From Eledone cirrhosa (Eukaryota): a stretch of DNA of 64,000 nt. The stretch lies in assembly GCA_964016885.1 (NCBI GenBank), contig CAXHJY010001441.1:234150-298149 (forward strand), written 5' to 3'. The position numbers were made by a program, and so were the translations under genes. The notes beneath the pieces are model-generated. The model made no database searches. It was not told the origin of the DNA and saw only the letters and a program-made list of their open reading frames with translations. Below, piece after piece: positions 1 through 15,000 of the stretch. The first letter of the stretch is position 1. Each line of letters opens with the position of its first letter.

Positions 1-3000
1 CTCCATGGAACAAACTACCTGCATCAGTTGTTAGCTGTCGAAACACTGCATCCTTTAAAACCTCCATGGAACAAACTACCTGCATCAGTTGTTAGCTGTC
101 GAAACACTGCATCCTTTAAAACCTCCATGGAACAAACTACCTCCATCAGTTGTTAGCTGTCGAGACACTGCATCCTTTAAAAACTCCATGGAACAAACTA
201 CCAGCATCAGTTGTTAGCTGTATAGACACTGCATCCTTTAAAAACTCCATGGAACAAGCTACCTGCATCAGTTGTTAGCTGTCGAGTCACTGCATCCTTT
301 AAAACCTCCATGGAACAAACTACCTGCATCAGTTGTTAGCTGTCGAAACACTGGATCCTTTAAAACCTCCATGGAACAAACTACCTGCATCAGTTTTTAG
401 TTGTCGAGACACTGGATCCTTTAAAACCTCCATGGAACAAACTACCTGCATCAGTTGTTAACTGTCGAGACACTGCATCCTTTAAAACCTCCATGGAACA
501 AACTACCTGCATCACTTGTTAGCTGTCGAGACACTGCATCCTTTAAAACCTCCATGGAACAAACTACCTGCATCAGTTGTTAGCTGTCGAGAAACTGCAT
601 TCTTTCAAACCTCCATGAAACAAACTACCTGCATCAGTTGTTAGCTGTCGAGACACTGCATCCTTTAAAACCTCAATGGAACAAACTACCTGCATCAGTT
701 GTTAGCTGTCGAAACACTGCATCCTTTAAAACCTCCATGGAACAAACTACCTGCATCAGTTGTTAGCTGTTGAGACATTGCATCCTTTAAAACCTCCATG
801 GAACAAACTACCTGCATCAGTTGTTAGCTGTCGAAACACTGCATCCTTTAAAACCTCAATGGAACAAACTACCTGCATCAGTTGTTAGCTGTCGAGACAC
901 TGCATTCGTTTAAACCTCCATGAAACAAACTACCTGCATTAGTTGTTAGCTGTCGAGTCACTGCATCCTTTAAAACCTCCATGGAACAAACTAACTGCAT
1001 CAGTTGTTAGCTGTCGAAACACTGCATCCTTTAAAACCTCCATGGAACAAACTACCTGCATCAGTTGTTAGCTGTCGAGACACTGGATCCTTTAAAACCT
1101 CCATGGAACAAACTACCTGCATCAGTTGTTAGCTGTCAAGACACTGCATCCTTTAAAACCTCCATGGAACAAACTACCTGCATCATTTGTTAGCTGTCGA
1201 GACACTGCATCCTTTAAAACCTCCATGGAACAAACTACCTGCATCTGTTGTTAGCTGTCGAGACACTGCATCCTTTAAAACCTCAATGAAACAAACTACC
1301 TGCATCAGTTGTTAGCTGTCGAGACACTGCATCCTTTAAAACCTCCATGGGACAAACAACCTGCATCAGTTGTTAGCTGTATAGACACTGCATCCTTTAA
1401 AAACTCCATGGAACAAGCTACCTGCATCAGTTGTTAGCTGTCGAGTCACTGCATCCTTTAAAACCTCCATGGAACAAACTACCTGCATCAGTTGTTAGCT
1501 GTCGAGTCACTGCATCCTTTAAAACCTACATGGAACAAACTACCTGCATCAGTTGTTAGCTGTCGAAACACTGGATCCTTTAAAACCTCCATGGAACAAA
1601 CTACCTGCATCAGTTGTTAGCTGTCGAGACACTGCATTCGTTTAAACCTCCATGAAACAAACTACCTGCATTAGTTGTTAGCTGTCGAAACACTGCATCC
1701 TTTAAAACATCCATGGAACAAACTACCTGCATCAGTTGTTAGCTGTCGAGACACTGCATCCTTTAAAACCTCCATGGAACAAACTAGCTGCATCAGTTGT
1801 TAGCTGTCGAAACACTGCATCCTTTAAAACCTCCATGGAACAAACTACCTGCATTAGTTGTTAGCTGTCGAAACACTGGATCCTTTAAAACCTCCATGGA
1901 ACAAACTACCTGCATTAGTTGTTAGCTGTCGAGACACTGCATCCTTTAAAACCTCTATGGAACAAACTACCTGCATCAGTTGTTAGCTGTCGAGACACTG
2001 CATCCTTTAAAACCTCCATGGAACAAACTACCTGCATCAGTTGTTAGCTGTCGAGACACTGCATCCTTTAAAACCTCCATGGGACAAACTACCTGCATCA
2101 GTTGTTAGCTGTCGAAACACTGCATCCATTAAAACCTCCATGAAACAAACTACCTGCACCAGTTGTTAGCTGTCGAGACACTGCATCCTTTAAAACCTCC
2201 ATGGAACAAACTACCTGCATCAGTTGTTAGCTGTCGAGACACTGCATCCTTTAAAACCTCAATGGAACAAACAACCTGCATCAGTTGTTAGCTGTCGAGA
2301 CACTGTATCCTTTAAAACCTCAATGGAACAAACTACCTGCATCAGTTGTTAGCTGTCGAGACACTGTATCCTTTAAAACCTCCATGGAACAAACTACCTG
2401 CATCAGTTGTTAGCTGTCGAGACACTGCATCCTTTAAAACCTCCATGGAACAAACTACCTGCATCAGTTGTTAGCTGTCGAAACACTGCATCCTTTAAAA
2501 CCTCCATGGAACAAACTACCAGCATCAGTTGTTAGCTCTATAGACACTGCATCCTTTAAAACCTCCATGGAACAAACTACCTGCATCACTTGTTAGCTGT
2601 CGAGAGACTGCATCCTATAAAACCTCCATGGGACAAACTACCTGCATCAGTTGTTAGCTGTATAGACACTGCATCCTTTAAAAACTCCATGGAACAAGCT
2701 ACCTGCATCAGTTGTTAGCTGTCGAGTCACTGCATCCTTTAAAACCTCCATGGAACAAACTACCTGCATCAGTTGTTAGCTGTCGAGTCACTGCATCCTT
2801 TAAAACCTCCATGGAACAAACTACCTGCATCAGTTGTTAGCTGTCGAAACACTGGATCCTTTAAAACCTCCATGGAACAAACTACCTGCATCAGTTGTTA
2901 GCTGTCGAGACACTGGATCCTTTAAAACCTCCATGGAACAAACTACCTGCATCAGTTGTTAGCTGTCGAGACACTGCATCCTTTAAAACCTCCATGGAAC

Positions 3001-6000
3001 AAACTACCTGCATCACTTGTTAGCTGTCGAGACACTGCATCCTTTAAAACCTCCATGGAACAAACTACCTGCATCAGTTGTTAGCTGTCGAGACACTGCA
3101 TTCTTTAAAACCTCCATGAAACAAACTACCTGCATCAGTTGTTAGCTGTCGAAACACTGCATCCTTTAAAACATCCATGGAACAAACTACCTGCATCAGT
3201 TGTTAGCTGTCGAGACACTGCATCCTTTAAAACCTCCATGGAACAAACTACCTGCATCACTTGTTAGCTGTCGAGACACTGCATCCTTTAAAACCTCAAT
3301 GGAACAAACTACCTGCATCAGTTGTTAGCTGTCGAGACACTGCATTCGTTTAAACCTCCATGAAACAAACTACCTGCATTAGTTGTTAGCTGTCGAAACA
3401 CTGCATCCTTTAAAACATCCATGGAACAAACTACCTGCATCAGTTGTTAGCTGTCGAGACACTGCATCCTTTAAAACCTCCATGGAACAAACTACCTGCA
3501 TCACTTGTTAGCTGTCGAGACACTGCATCCTTTAAAACCTCAATGGAACAAACTACCTGCATCAGTTGTTAGCTGTCGAGACACTGCATTCGTTTAAACC
3601 TCCATGAAACAAACTACCTGCATTAGTTGTTAGCTGTCGAAACACTGCATCCTTTAAAACCTCCATGGAACAAACTACCTGCATCAGTTGTTAGCTGTCG
3701 AAACACTGCATCCTTTAAAACCTCCATGGAACAAACTACCTGCATCAGTTGTTAGCTGTCGAAACACTGCATCCTTTAAAACCTCCATGGAACAAACTAC
3801 CTGCATCAGTTGTTAGCTGTCGAAACACTGCATCCTTTAAAACCTCCATGGAACAAACTTCCTGCATCAGTCGTTAGCTGTCGAAACACTGCATCCTTTA
3901 AAACCTCCATGGAACAAACTACCTGCATCAGTTGTTAGCTGTCGAAACACTGCATCCTTTAAAACCTCCATGGAACAAACTACCTGCATCAGTTGTTAGC
4001 TGTCGAGACACTGGATCCTTTAAAACCTCCATGGAACAAACTACCTGCATCAGTTGTTAGCTGTCGAAACACTGCATCCTTTAAAACCTCCATGGAACAA
4101 ACTACCTGCATCAGTTGTTAGCTGTCGAAACACTGCATCCTTTAAAACCTCCATGGAACAAACTACCTGCATCAGTTGTTAGCTGTCGAAACACTGCATC
4201 CTTTAAAACCTCCATGGAACAAACTACCTCCATCAGTTGTTAGCTGTCGAGACACTGCATCCTTTAAAAATTCCATGGAACAAACTACCAGCATCAGTTG
4301 TTAGCTGTATAGACACTGCATCCTTTAAAAACTCCATGGAACAAGCTACCTGCATCAGTTGTTAGCTGTCGAGTCACTGCATCCTTTAAAACCTCCATGG
4401 AACAAACTACCTGCATCAGTTGTTAGCTGTCGAAACACTGGATCCTTTAAAACCTCCATGGAACAAACTACCTGCATCAGTTTTTAGTTGTCGAGACACT
4501 GGATCCTTTAAAACCTCCATGGAACAAACTACCTGCATCAGTTGTTAACTGTCGAGACACTGCATCCTTTAAAACCTCCATGGAACAAACTACCTGCATC
4601 ACTTGTTAGCTGTCGAGACACTGCATCCTTTAAAACCTCCATGGAACAAACTACCTGCATCAGTTGTTAGCTGTCGAGACACTGCATTCTTTCAAACCTC
4701 CATGAAACAAACTACCTGCATCAGTTGTTAGCTGTCGAGACACTGCATCCTTTAAAACCTCAATGGAACAAACTACCTGCATCAGTTGTTAGCTGTCGAA
4801 ACACTGCATCCTTTAAAACCTCCATGGAACAAACTACCTGCATCAGTTGTTAGCTGTTGAGACATTGCATCCTTTAAAACCTCCATGGAACAAACTACCT
4901 GCATCAGTTGTTAGCTGTCGAAACACTGCATCCTTTAAAACCTCAATGGAACAAACTACCTGCATCAGTTGTTAGCTGTCGAGACACTGCATTCGTTTAA
5001 ACCTCCATGAAACAAACTACCTGCATTAGTTGTTAGCTGTCGAGTCACTGCATCCTTTAAAACCTCCATGGAACAAACTAACTGCATCAGTTGTTAGCAG
5101 TCGAAACACTGCATCCTTTAAAACCTCCATGGAACAAACTACCTGCATCAGTTGTTAGCTGTCGAGACACTGGATCCTTTAAAACCTCCATGGAACAAAC
5201 TACCTGCATCAGTTGTTAGCTGTCAAGACACTGCATCCTTTAAAACCTCCATGGAACAAACTACCTGCATCATTTGTTAGCTGTCGAGACACTGCATCCT
5301 TTAAAACCTCCATGGAACAAACTACCTGCATCTGTTGTTAGCTGTCGAGACACTGCATCCTTTAAAACCTCAATGAAACAAACTACCTGCATCAGTTGTT
5401 AGCTGTCGAGACACTGCATCCTTTAAAACCTCCATGGGACAAACAACCTGCATCAGTTGTTAGCTGTATAGACACTGCATCCTTTAAAAACTCCATGGAA
5501 CAAGCTACCTGCATCAGTTGTTAGCTGTCGAGTCACAGCATCCTTTAAAACCTCCATGGAACAAACTACCTGCATCAGTTGTTAGCTGTCGAGTCACTGC
5601 ATCCTTTAAAACCTACATGGAACAAACTACCTGCATCAGTTGTTAGCTGTCGAAACACTGGATCCTTTAAAACCTCCATGGAACAAACTACCTGCATCAG
5701 TTGTTAGCTGTCGAGACACTGCATTCGTTTAAACCTCCATGAAACAAACTACCTGCATTAGTTGTTAGCTGTCGAAACACTGCATCCTTTAAAACATCCA
5801 TGGAACAAACTACCTGCATCAGTTGTTAGCTGTCGAGACACTGCATCCTTTAAAACCTCCATGGAACAAACTAGCTGCATCAGTTGTTAGCTGTCGAAAC
5901 ACTGCATCCTTTAAAACCTCCATGGAACAAACTACCTGCATTAGTTGTTAGCTGTCGAAACACTGGATCCTTTAAAACCTCCATGGAACAAACTACCTGC

Positions 6001-9000
6001 ATCAGTTGTTAGCTGTCGAAACACTGCATCCTTTAAAACCTCCATGGAACAAACTACCTGCATTAGTTGTTAGCTGTCGAAACACTGGATCCTTTAAAAC
6101 CTCCATGGAACAAACTACCTGCATTAGTTGTTAGCTGTCGAGACACTGCATCCTTTAAAACCTCTATGGAACAAACTACCTGCATCAGTTGTTAGCTGTC
6201 GAGACACTGCATCCTTTAAAACCTCCATGGAACAAACTACCTGCATCAGTTGTTAGCTGTCGAGACACTGCATCCTTTAAAACCTCCATGGGACAAACTA
6301 CCTGCATCAGTTGTTAGCTGTTGAAACACTGCATCCATTAAAACCTCCATGGAACAAACTACCTGCATCAGTTGTTAGCTGTATAGACACTGCATCCTTT
6401 AAAAACTCCATGGAACAAACTACCTGCATCAGTTGTTAGCTGTCGAGACACTGCATTCTTTCAAACCTCCATGGAACAAACTACCTGCATCAGTTGTTAG
6501 CTGTCGAAACACTGCATCCATTAAAACCTCCATGAAACAAACTACCTGCACCAGTTGTTAGCTGTCGAGACACTGCATCCTTTAAAACCTCCATGGAACA
6601 AACTACCTGCATCAGTTGTTAGCTGTCGAGACACTGCATCCTTTAAAACCTCAATGGAACAAACAACCTGCATCAGTTGTTAGCTGTCGAGACACTGTAT
6701 CCTTTAAAACCTCAATGGAACAAACTACCTGCATCAGTTGTTAGCTGTCGAGACACTGTATCCTTTAAAACCTCCATGGAACAAACTACCTGCATCAGTT
6801 GTTAGCTGTCGAGACACTGCATCCTTTAAAACCTCCATGGAACAAACTACCTGCATCAGTTGTTAGCTGTCGAAACACTGCATCCTTTAAAACCTCCATG
6901 GAACAAACTACCAGCATCAGTTGTTAGCTCTATAGACACTGCATCCTTTAAAACCTCCATGGAACAAACTACCTGCATCACTTGTTAGCTGTCGAGAGAC
7001 TGCATCCTATAAAACCTCCATGGGACAAACTACCTGCATCAGTTGTTAGCTGTATAGACACTGCATCCTTTAAAAACTCCATGGAACAAGCTACCTGCAT
7101 CAGTTGTTAGCTGTCGAGTCACTGCATCCTTTAAAACCTCCATGGAACAAACTACCTGCATCAGTTGTTAGCTGTCGAGTCACTGCATCCTTTAAAACCT
7201 CCATGGAACAAACTACCTGCATCAGTTGTTAGCTGTCGAAACACTGGATCCTTTAAAACCTCCATGGAACAAACTACCTGCATCAGTTGTTAGCTGTCGA
7301 GACACTGGATCCTTTAAAACCTCCATGGAACAAACTACCTGCATCAGTTGTTAGCTGTCGAGACACTGCATCCTTTAAAACCTCCATGGAACAAACTACC
7401 TGCATCACTTGTTAGCTGTCGAGACACTGCATCCTTTAAAACCTCCATGGAACAAACTACCTGCATCAGTTGTTAGCTGTCGAGACACTGCATTCTTTAA
7501 AACCTCCATGAAACAAACTACCTGCATCAGTTGTTAGCTGTCGAAACACTGCATCCTTTAAAACATCCATGGAACAAACTACCTGCATCAGTTGTTAGCT
7601 GTCGAGACACTGCATCCTTTAAAACCTCCATGGAACAAACTACCTGCATCACTTGTTAGCTGTCGAGACACTGCATCCTTTAAAACCTCAATGGAACAAA
7701 CTACCTGCATCAGTTGTTAGCTGTCGAGACACTGCATTCGTTTAAACCTCCATGAAACAAACTACCTGCATTAGTTGTTAGCTGTCGAAACACTGCATCC
7801 TTTAAAACATCCATGGAACAAACTACCTGCATCAGTTGTTAGCTGTCGAGACACTGCATCCTTTAAAACCTCCATGGAACAAACTAGCTGCATCAGTTGT
7901 TAGCTGTCGAAACATTGCATCCTTTAAAACCTCTATGGAACAAACTACCTCCATCAGTTGTTAGCTGTCGAGACACTGCATCCTTTAAAACCTCCGTGGA
8001 ACAAACTACCTGCATCAGTTGTTAGCTGTTGAGACACTGCATCCTTTAAAACCTCCATGGAACAAACTACCTGCATCAGTTGTTAGCTGTCGAGTCATTG
8101 CATCCTTTAAAACCTCCATGGAACAAACTAACTGCATCAGTTGTTAGCTGTCGAAACACTGGATCCTTTAAAACCTCCATGGAACAAACTACCTGCATCA
8201 GTTGTTAGCTGTATAGACACTGCATCCTTTAAAAACTCCATGGAACAAGCTACCTGCATCAGTTGTTAGCTGTCGAAACACTGCATCCTTTAAAACCTCC
8301 ATGGAACAAACTACCTGCATCAGTTGTTAGCTGTCGAGTCACTGCATCCTTTAAAACTTCCATGGAACAAACTACCTGCATCAGTTGTTAGCTGTCGAGA
8401 CACTGGATCCTTTAAAACCTCCATGGAACAAACTACCTGCATCAGTTGTTAGCTGTCGAAACACTGGATCCTTTAAAACCTCCATGGAACACACTACCTG
8501 TGTCAGTTGTTAGCTGTCGAGACACTGCATCCTTTAAAACCTCCATGGAACAAACTACCTGCATCAGTTGTTAGCTGTCGAAACACTGCATCCTTTAAAA
8601 CCTCCATGGAACAAACTACCTGCATCAGTTGTTAGCTGTCGAGACACTGCATCTTTTAAAACCTCCATGGAACAAACTACCTGCATCAGTTGTTAGCTGT
8701 CGAGACACTGCATCCTTTAAAACCTCCATGGAACAAACTACCTGCATCACTTGTTAGCTGTCGAGACACTGCATCCTTTAAAACCTCCATGGAACAAACT
8801 ACCTGCATCAGTTGTTAGCTGTCGAGTCACTGCATCCTTTAAAACCTCCATGGAACAAACTACCTGCATCAGTTGTTAGCTGTCGAAACACTGGATCCTT
8901 TAAAACCTCCATGGAACAAACTACCTGCATCAGTTGTTAGCTGTCGAGACACTGGATCCTTTAAAACCTCCATGGAACAAACTACCTGCATCAGTTGTTA

Positions 9001-12000
9001 GCTGTCGAGACACTGCATCCTTTAAAACCTCCATGGAACAAACTACCTGCATCACTTGTTAGCTGTCGAGACACTGCATCCTTTAAAACCTCCATGGAAC
9101 AAACTACCTGCATCAGTTGTTAGCTGTCGAGACACTGCATTCTTTAAAACCTCCATGAAACAAACTACCTGCATCAGTTGTTAGCTGTCGAAACACTGCA
9201 TCCTTTAAAACATCCATGGAACAAACTACCTGCATCAGTTGTTAGCTGTCGAGACACTGCATCCTTTAAAACCTCCATGGAACAAACTACCTGCATCACT
9301 TGTTAGCTGTCGAGACACTGCATCCTTTAAAACCTCAATGGAACAAACTACCTGCATCAGTTGTTAGCTGTCGAGACACTGCATTCGTTTAAACCTCCAT
9401 GAAACAAACTACCTGCATTAGTTGTTAGCTGTCGAAACACTGCATCCTTTAAAACATCCATGGAACAAACTACCTGCATCAGTTGTTAGCTGTCGAGACA
9501 CTGCATCCTTTAAAACCTCCATGGAACAAACTAGCTGCATCAGTTGTTAGCTGTCGAAACATTGCATCCTTTAAAACCTCTATGGAACAAATTACCTCCA
9601 TCAGTTGTTAGCTGTCGAGACACTGCATCCTTTAAAACCTCCGTGGAACAAACTACCTGCATCAGTTGTTAGCTGTTGAGACACTGCATCCTTTAAAACC
9701 TCCATGGAACAAACTACCTGCATCAGTTGTTAGCTGTCGAGTCATTGCATCCTTTAAAACCTCCATGGAACAAACTAACTGCATCAGTTGTTAGCTGTCG
9801 AAACACTGGATCCTTTAAAACCTCCATGGAACAAACTACCTGCATCAGTTGTTAGCTGTATAGACACTGCATCCTTTAAAAACTCCATGGAACAAGCTAC
9901 CTGCATCAGTTGTTAGCTGTCGAAACACTGCATCCTTTAAAACCTCCATGGAACAAACTACCTGCATCAGTTGTTAGCTGTCGAGTCACTGCATCCTTTA
10001 AAACTTCCATGGAACAAACTACCTGCATCAGTTGTTAGCTGTCGAGACACTGGATCCTTTAAAACCTCCATGGAACAAACTACCTGCATCAGTTGTTAGC
10101 TGTCGAAACACTGGATCCTTTAAAACCTCCATGGAACACACTACCTGTGTCAGTTGTTAGCTGTCGAGACACTGCATCCTTTAAAACCTCCATGGAACAA
10201 ACTACCTGCATCAGTTGTTAGCTGTCGAAACACTGCATCCTTTAAAACCTCCATGGAACAAACTACCTGCATCAGTTGTTAGCTGTCGAGACACTGCATC
10301 TTTTAAAACCTCCATGGAACAAACTACCTGCATCAGTTGTTAGCTGTCGAGACACTGCATCCTTTAAAACCTCCATGGAACAAACTACCTGCATCACTTG
10401 TTAGCTGTCGAGACACTGCATCCTTTAAAACCTCCATGGAACAAACTACCTGCATCAGTTGTTAGCTGTATAGACACTGCATCCTTTAAAAACTCCATGG
10501 AACAAACTACCAGCATCAGTTGTTAGCTCTATAGACACTGCATCCTTTAACAACTCCATGGAACAAGCTACCTGCATCAGTTGTTAGATGTCGAGTCACT
10601 GCATCCTTTAAAACCTCCATGGAACAAACTACCTGCGTCAGTTGTTAGCTGTCAAGACACTGCATCCTTTAAAACCTCCATGGAACAAACTACCTGCATC
10701 ACTTGTTAGCTGTCGAGACACTGCATCCTTTAAAACCTCCATGGAACAAACTACCTGCATCAGTTGTTAGCTGTCGAGACACTGCTTTCTTTCAAACCTC
10801 CATGAAACAAACTACCTACATCAGTTGTTAGCTGTCAAAACACTGCATCCTTTAAAACCTCCATGGAACAAACTACCTGAATCAGTTGTTAGCTGTCGAG
10901 ACACTGGATCCTTTAAAACCTCCATGGAACAAACTACCTGCATCAGTTGTTAGCTGTCGAGACACTGCTTTCTTTCAAACCTCCATGAAACAAACTACCT
11001 GCATCAGTTGTTAGCTGTCGAAACATTGCATCCTTTAAAACCTCCATGGAACAAACTACCTGCATCAGTTGTTAGCTGTCGAGACACTGGATCCTTTAAA
11101 ACCTCCATGGAACAAACTACCTGCATCAGTTGTTAGCTGTCGAGACACTGCATCCTTTAAAAACTCCATGGAACAAACTACCAGCATCAGTTGTTAGCTC
11201 TATAGACACTGCATCCTTTAAAAACTCCATGGAACAAGCTACCTGCATCAGTTGTTAGCTGTCGAGACACTGCATTCTTTAAAACCTCCATGGAACAAAC
11301 TACCTGCATCAGTTGTTAGCTGTCGAGACACTGGATCCTTTAAAACCTCCATGGAACAAACTACCTGCATCAGTTGTTAACTGTCGAGACACTGCATCCT
11401 TTAAAACCTCCATGGAACAAACTACCTGCATCACTTGTTAGCTGTCGAGACACTGCATCCTTTAAAACCTCCATGGAACAAACTACCTGCATCAGTTGTT
11501 AGCTGTCGAGACACTGCATTCTTTCAAACCTCCATGAAACAAACTACCTGCATCAGTTGTTAGCTGTCGAGACACTGCATTCTTTCAAACCTCCATGAAA
11601 CAAACTACCTGCATCAGTTGTTAGCTGTCGAAACACTGCATCCTTTAAAACCTCAGTGGAACAAACTACCTGCATCAGTTGTTAGCTGTCGAGACACTGC
11701 ATTCGTTTAAACCTCCATGAAACAAACTACCTGCATCAGTTGTTAGCTGTCGAAACACTGCATCCTTTAAAACATCCATGGAACAAACTACCTGCATCAG
11801 TTGTTAGCTGTTGAGACACTACATCCTTTAAAACCTCCATGGAACAAACTAGCTGCATCAGTTGTTAGCTGTCGATACACTGCATCCTTTAAAACCTCCA
11901 TGGAACAAACTACCTGCATCAGTTGTTAGCTGTCGAGACACTGCATCCTTTAAAACCTCCATGGAACAAACTACCTGCATCACTTGTTAGCTGTCGAGAC

Positions 12001-15000
12001 ACTGCATCCTTTAAAACCTCCATGGAACAAACTACCTGCATCAGTTGTTAGCTGTCGAGACACTGCATTCTTTCAAACCTCTATGAAACAAACTACCTGC
12101 ATCAGTTGTTAGCTGTCGAGACACTGCATTCTTTCAAACCTCCATGAAACAAACTACCTGCATCAGTTGTTAGCTGTCGAGACACTGCATCCTTTAAAAC
12201 CTCAGTGGAACAAACTACCTGCATCAGTTGTTAGCTGTCGAGACACTGCATTCGTTTAAACCTCCATGAAACAAACTACCTGCATCAGTTGTTAGCTGTC
12301 GAAACACTGCATCCTTTAAAACATCCATGGAACAAACTACCTGCATCATTTGTTAGCTGTCGAGACACTGCATCCTTTAAAACATCCATGGAACAAACTA
12401 CCTGCATCAGTTGTTAGCTGTCGAGACACTACATCCTTTAAAACCTCCATGGAACAAACTAGCTGCATCAGTTGTTAGCTGTCGATACACTGCATCCTTT
12501 AAAACCTCCATGGAACAAACTACCTGCATCAGTTGTTAGCTGTCGAGACACTACATCCTTTAAAACCTCCATGGAACAAACTACCTGCATCAGTTGTTAG
12601 CTGTCGAAACACTGCATCCTTTAAAACATCCATGGAACAAACTACCTGCATCAGTTGTTAGCTGTCGAGACACTACATCCTTTAAAACCTCCATGGAACA
12701 AACTACCTGCATCAGTTGTTAGCTGTCGAGACACTGCATCCTTTAAAACCTCCATGGAACAAACTACCTGCATCACTTGTTAGCTGTCGAGACACTGCAT
12801 CCTTTAAAACCTCCATGGAACAAACTACCTGCATCAGTTGTTAGCTGTCGAGACACTGCATTCTTTAAAACCTCCATGAAACAAACTACCTGCATCAGTT
12901 GTTAGCTGTCGAAACACTGCATCCTTTAAAACATCCATGGAACAAACTACCTGCATCAGTTGTTAGCTGTCGAGACACTGCATCCTTTAAAACCTCCATG
13001 GAACAAACTACCTGCATCACTTGTTAGCTGTCGAGACACTGCATCCTTTAAAACCTCAATGGAACAAACTACCTGCATCAGTTGTTAGCTGTCGAGACAC
13101 TGCATTCGTTTAAACCTCCATGAAACAAACTACCTGCATTAGTTGTTGGCTGTCGAAACACTGCATCCTTTAAAACATCCATGGAACAAACTACCTGCAT
13201 CAGTTGTTAGCTGTCGAGACACTGCATCCTTTAAAACCTCCATGGAACAAACTAGCTGCATCAGTTGTTAGCTGTCGAAACATTGCATCCTTTAAAACCT
13301 CTATGGAACAAACTACCTCCATCAGTTGTTAGCTGTCGAGACACTGCATCCTTTAAAACCTCCGTGGAACAAACTACCTGCATCAGTTGTTAGCTGTTGA
13401 GACACTGCATCCTTTAAAACCTCCATGGAACAAACTACCTGCATCAGTTGTTAGCTGTCGAGTCATTGCATCCTTTAAAACCTCCATGGAACAAACTAAC
13501 TGCATCAGTTGTTAGCTGTCGAAACACTGGATCCTTTAAAACCTCCATGGACCAAACTACCTGCATCAGTTGTTAGCTGTATAGACACTGCATCCTTTAA
13601 AAACTCCATGGAACAAGCTACCTGCATCAGTTGTTAGCTGTCGAAACACTGCATCCTTTAAAACCTCCATGGAACAAACTACCTGCATCAGTTGTTAGCT
13701 GTCGAGTCACTGCATCCTTTAAAACTTCCATGGAACAAACTACCTGCATCAGTTGTTAGCTGTCGAGACACTGGATCCTTTAAAACCTCCATGGAACAAA
13801 CTACCTGCATCAGTTGTTAGCTGTCGAAACACTGGATCCTTTAAAACCTCCATGGAACACACTACCTGCATCAGTTGTTAGATGTCGAGTCACTGCATCC
13901 TTTAAAACCTCCATGGAACAAACTACCTGCGTCAGTTGTTAGCTGTCAAGACACTGCATCCTTTAAAACCTCCATGGAACAAACTACCTGCATCACTTGT
14001 TAGCTGTCGAGACACTGCATCCTTTAAAACCTCCATGGAACAAACTACCTGCATCAGTTGTTAGCTGTCGAGACACTGCTTTCTTTCAAACCTCCATGAA
14101 ACAAACTACCTACATCAGTTGTTAGCTGTCAAAACACTGCATCCTTTAAAACCTCCATGGAACAAACTACCTGAATCAGTTGTTAGCTGTAGAGACACTG
14201 GATCCTTTAAAACCTCCATGGAACAAACTACCTGCATCAGTTGTTAGCTGTCGAGACACTGCTTTCTTTCAAACCTCCATGAAACAAACTACCTGCATCA
14301 GTTGTTAGCTGTCGAAACATTGCATCCTTTAAAACCTCCATGGAACAAACTACCTGCATCAGTTGTTAGCTGTCGAGACACTGGATCCTTTAAAACCTCC
14401 ATGGAACAAACTACCTGCATCAGTTGTTAGCTGTCGAGACACTGCATCCTTTAAAAACTCCATGGAACAAACTACCAGCATCAGTTGTTAGCTCTATAGA
14501 CACTGCATCCTTTAAAAACTCCATGGAACAAGCTACCTGCATCAGTTGTTAGCTGTCGAGACACTGCATTCTTTAAAACCTCCATGGAACAAACTACCTG
14601 CATCAGTTGTTAGCTGTCGAGACACTGGATCCTTTAAAACCTCCATGGAACAAACTACCTGCATCAGTTGTTAACTGTCGAGACACTGCATCCTTTAAAA
14701 CCTCCATGGAACAAACTACCTGCATCACTTGTTAGCTGTCGAGACACTGCATCCTTTAAAACCTCCATGGAACAAACTACCTGCATCAGTTGTTAGCTGT
14801 CGAGACACTGCATTCTTTCAAACCTCCATGAAACAAACTACCTGCATCAGTTGTTAGCTGTCGAGACACTGCATTCTTTCAAACCTCCATGAAACAAACT
14901 ACCTGCATCAGTTGTTAGCTGTCGAAACACTGCATCCTTTAAAACCTCAGTGGAACAAACTACCTGCATCAGTTGTTAGCTGTCGAGACACTGCATTCGT

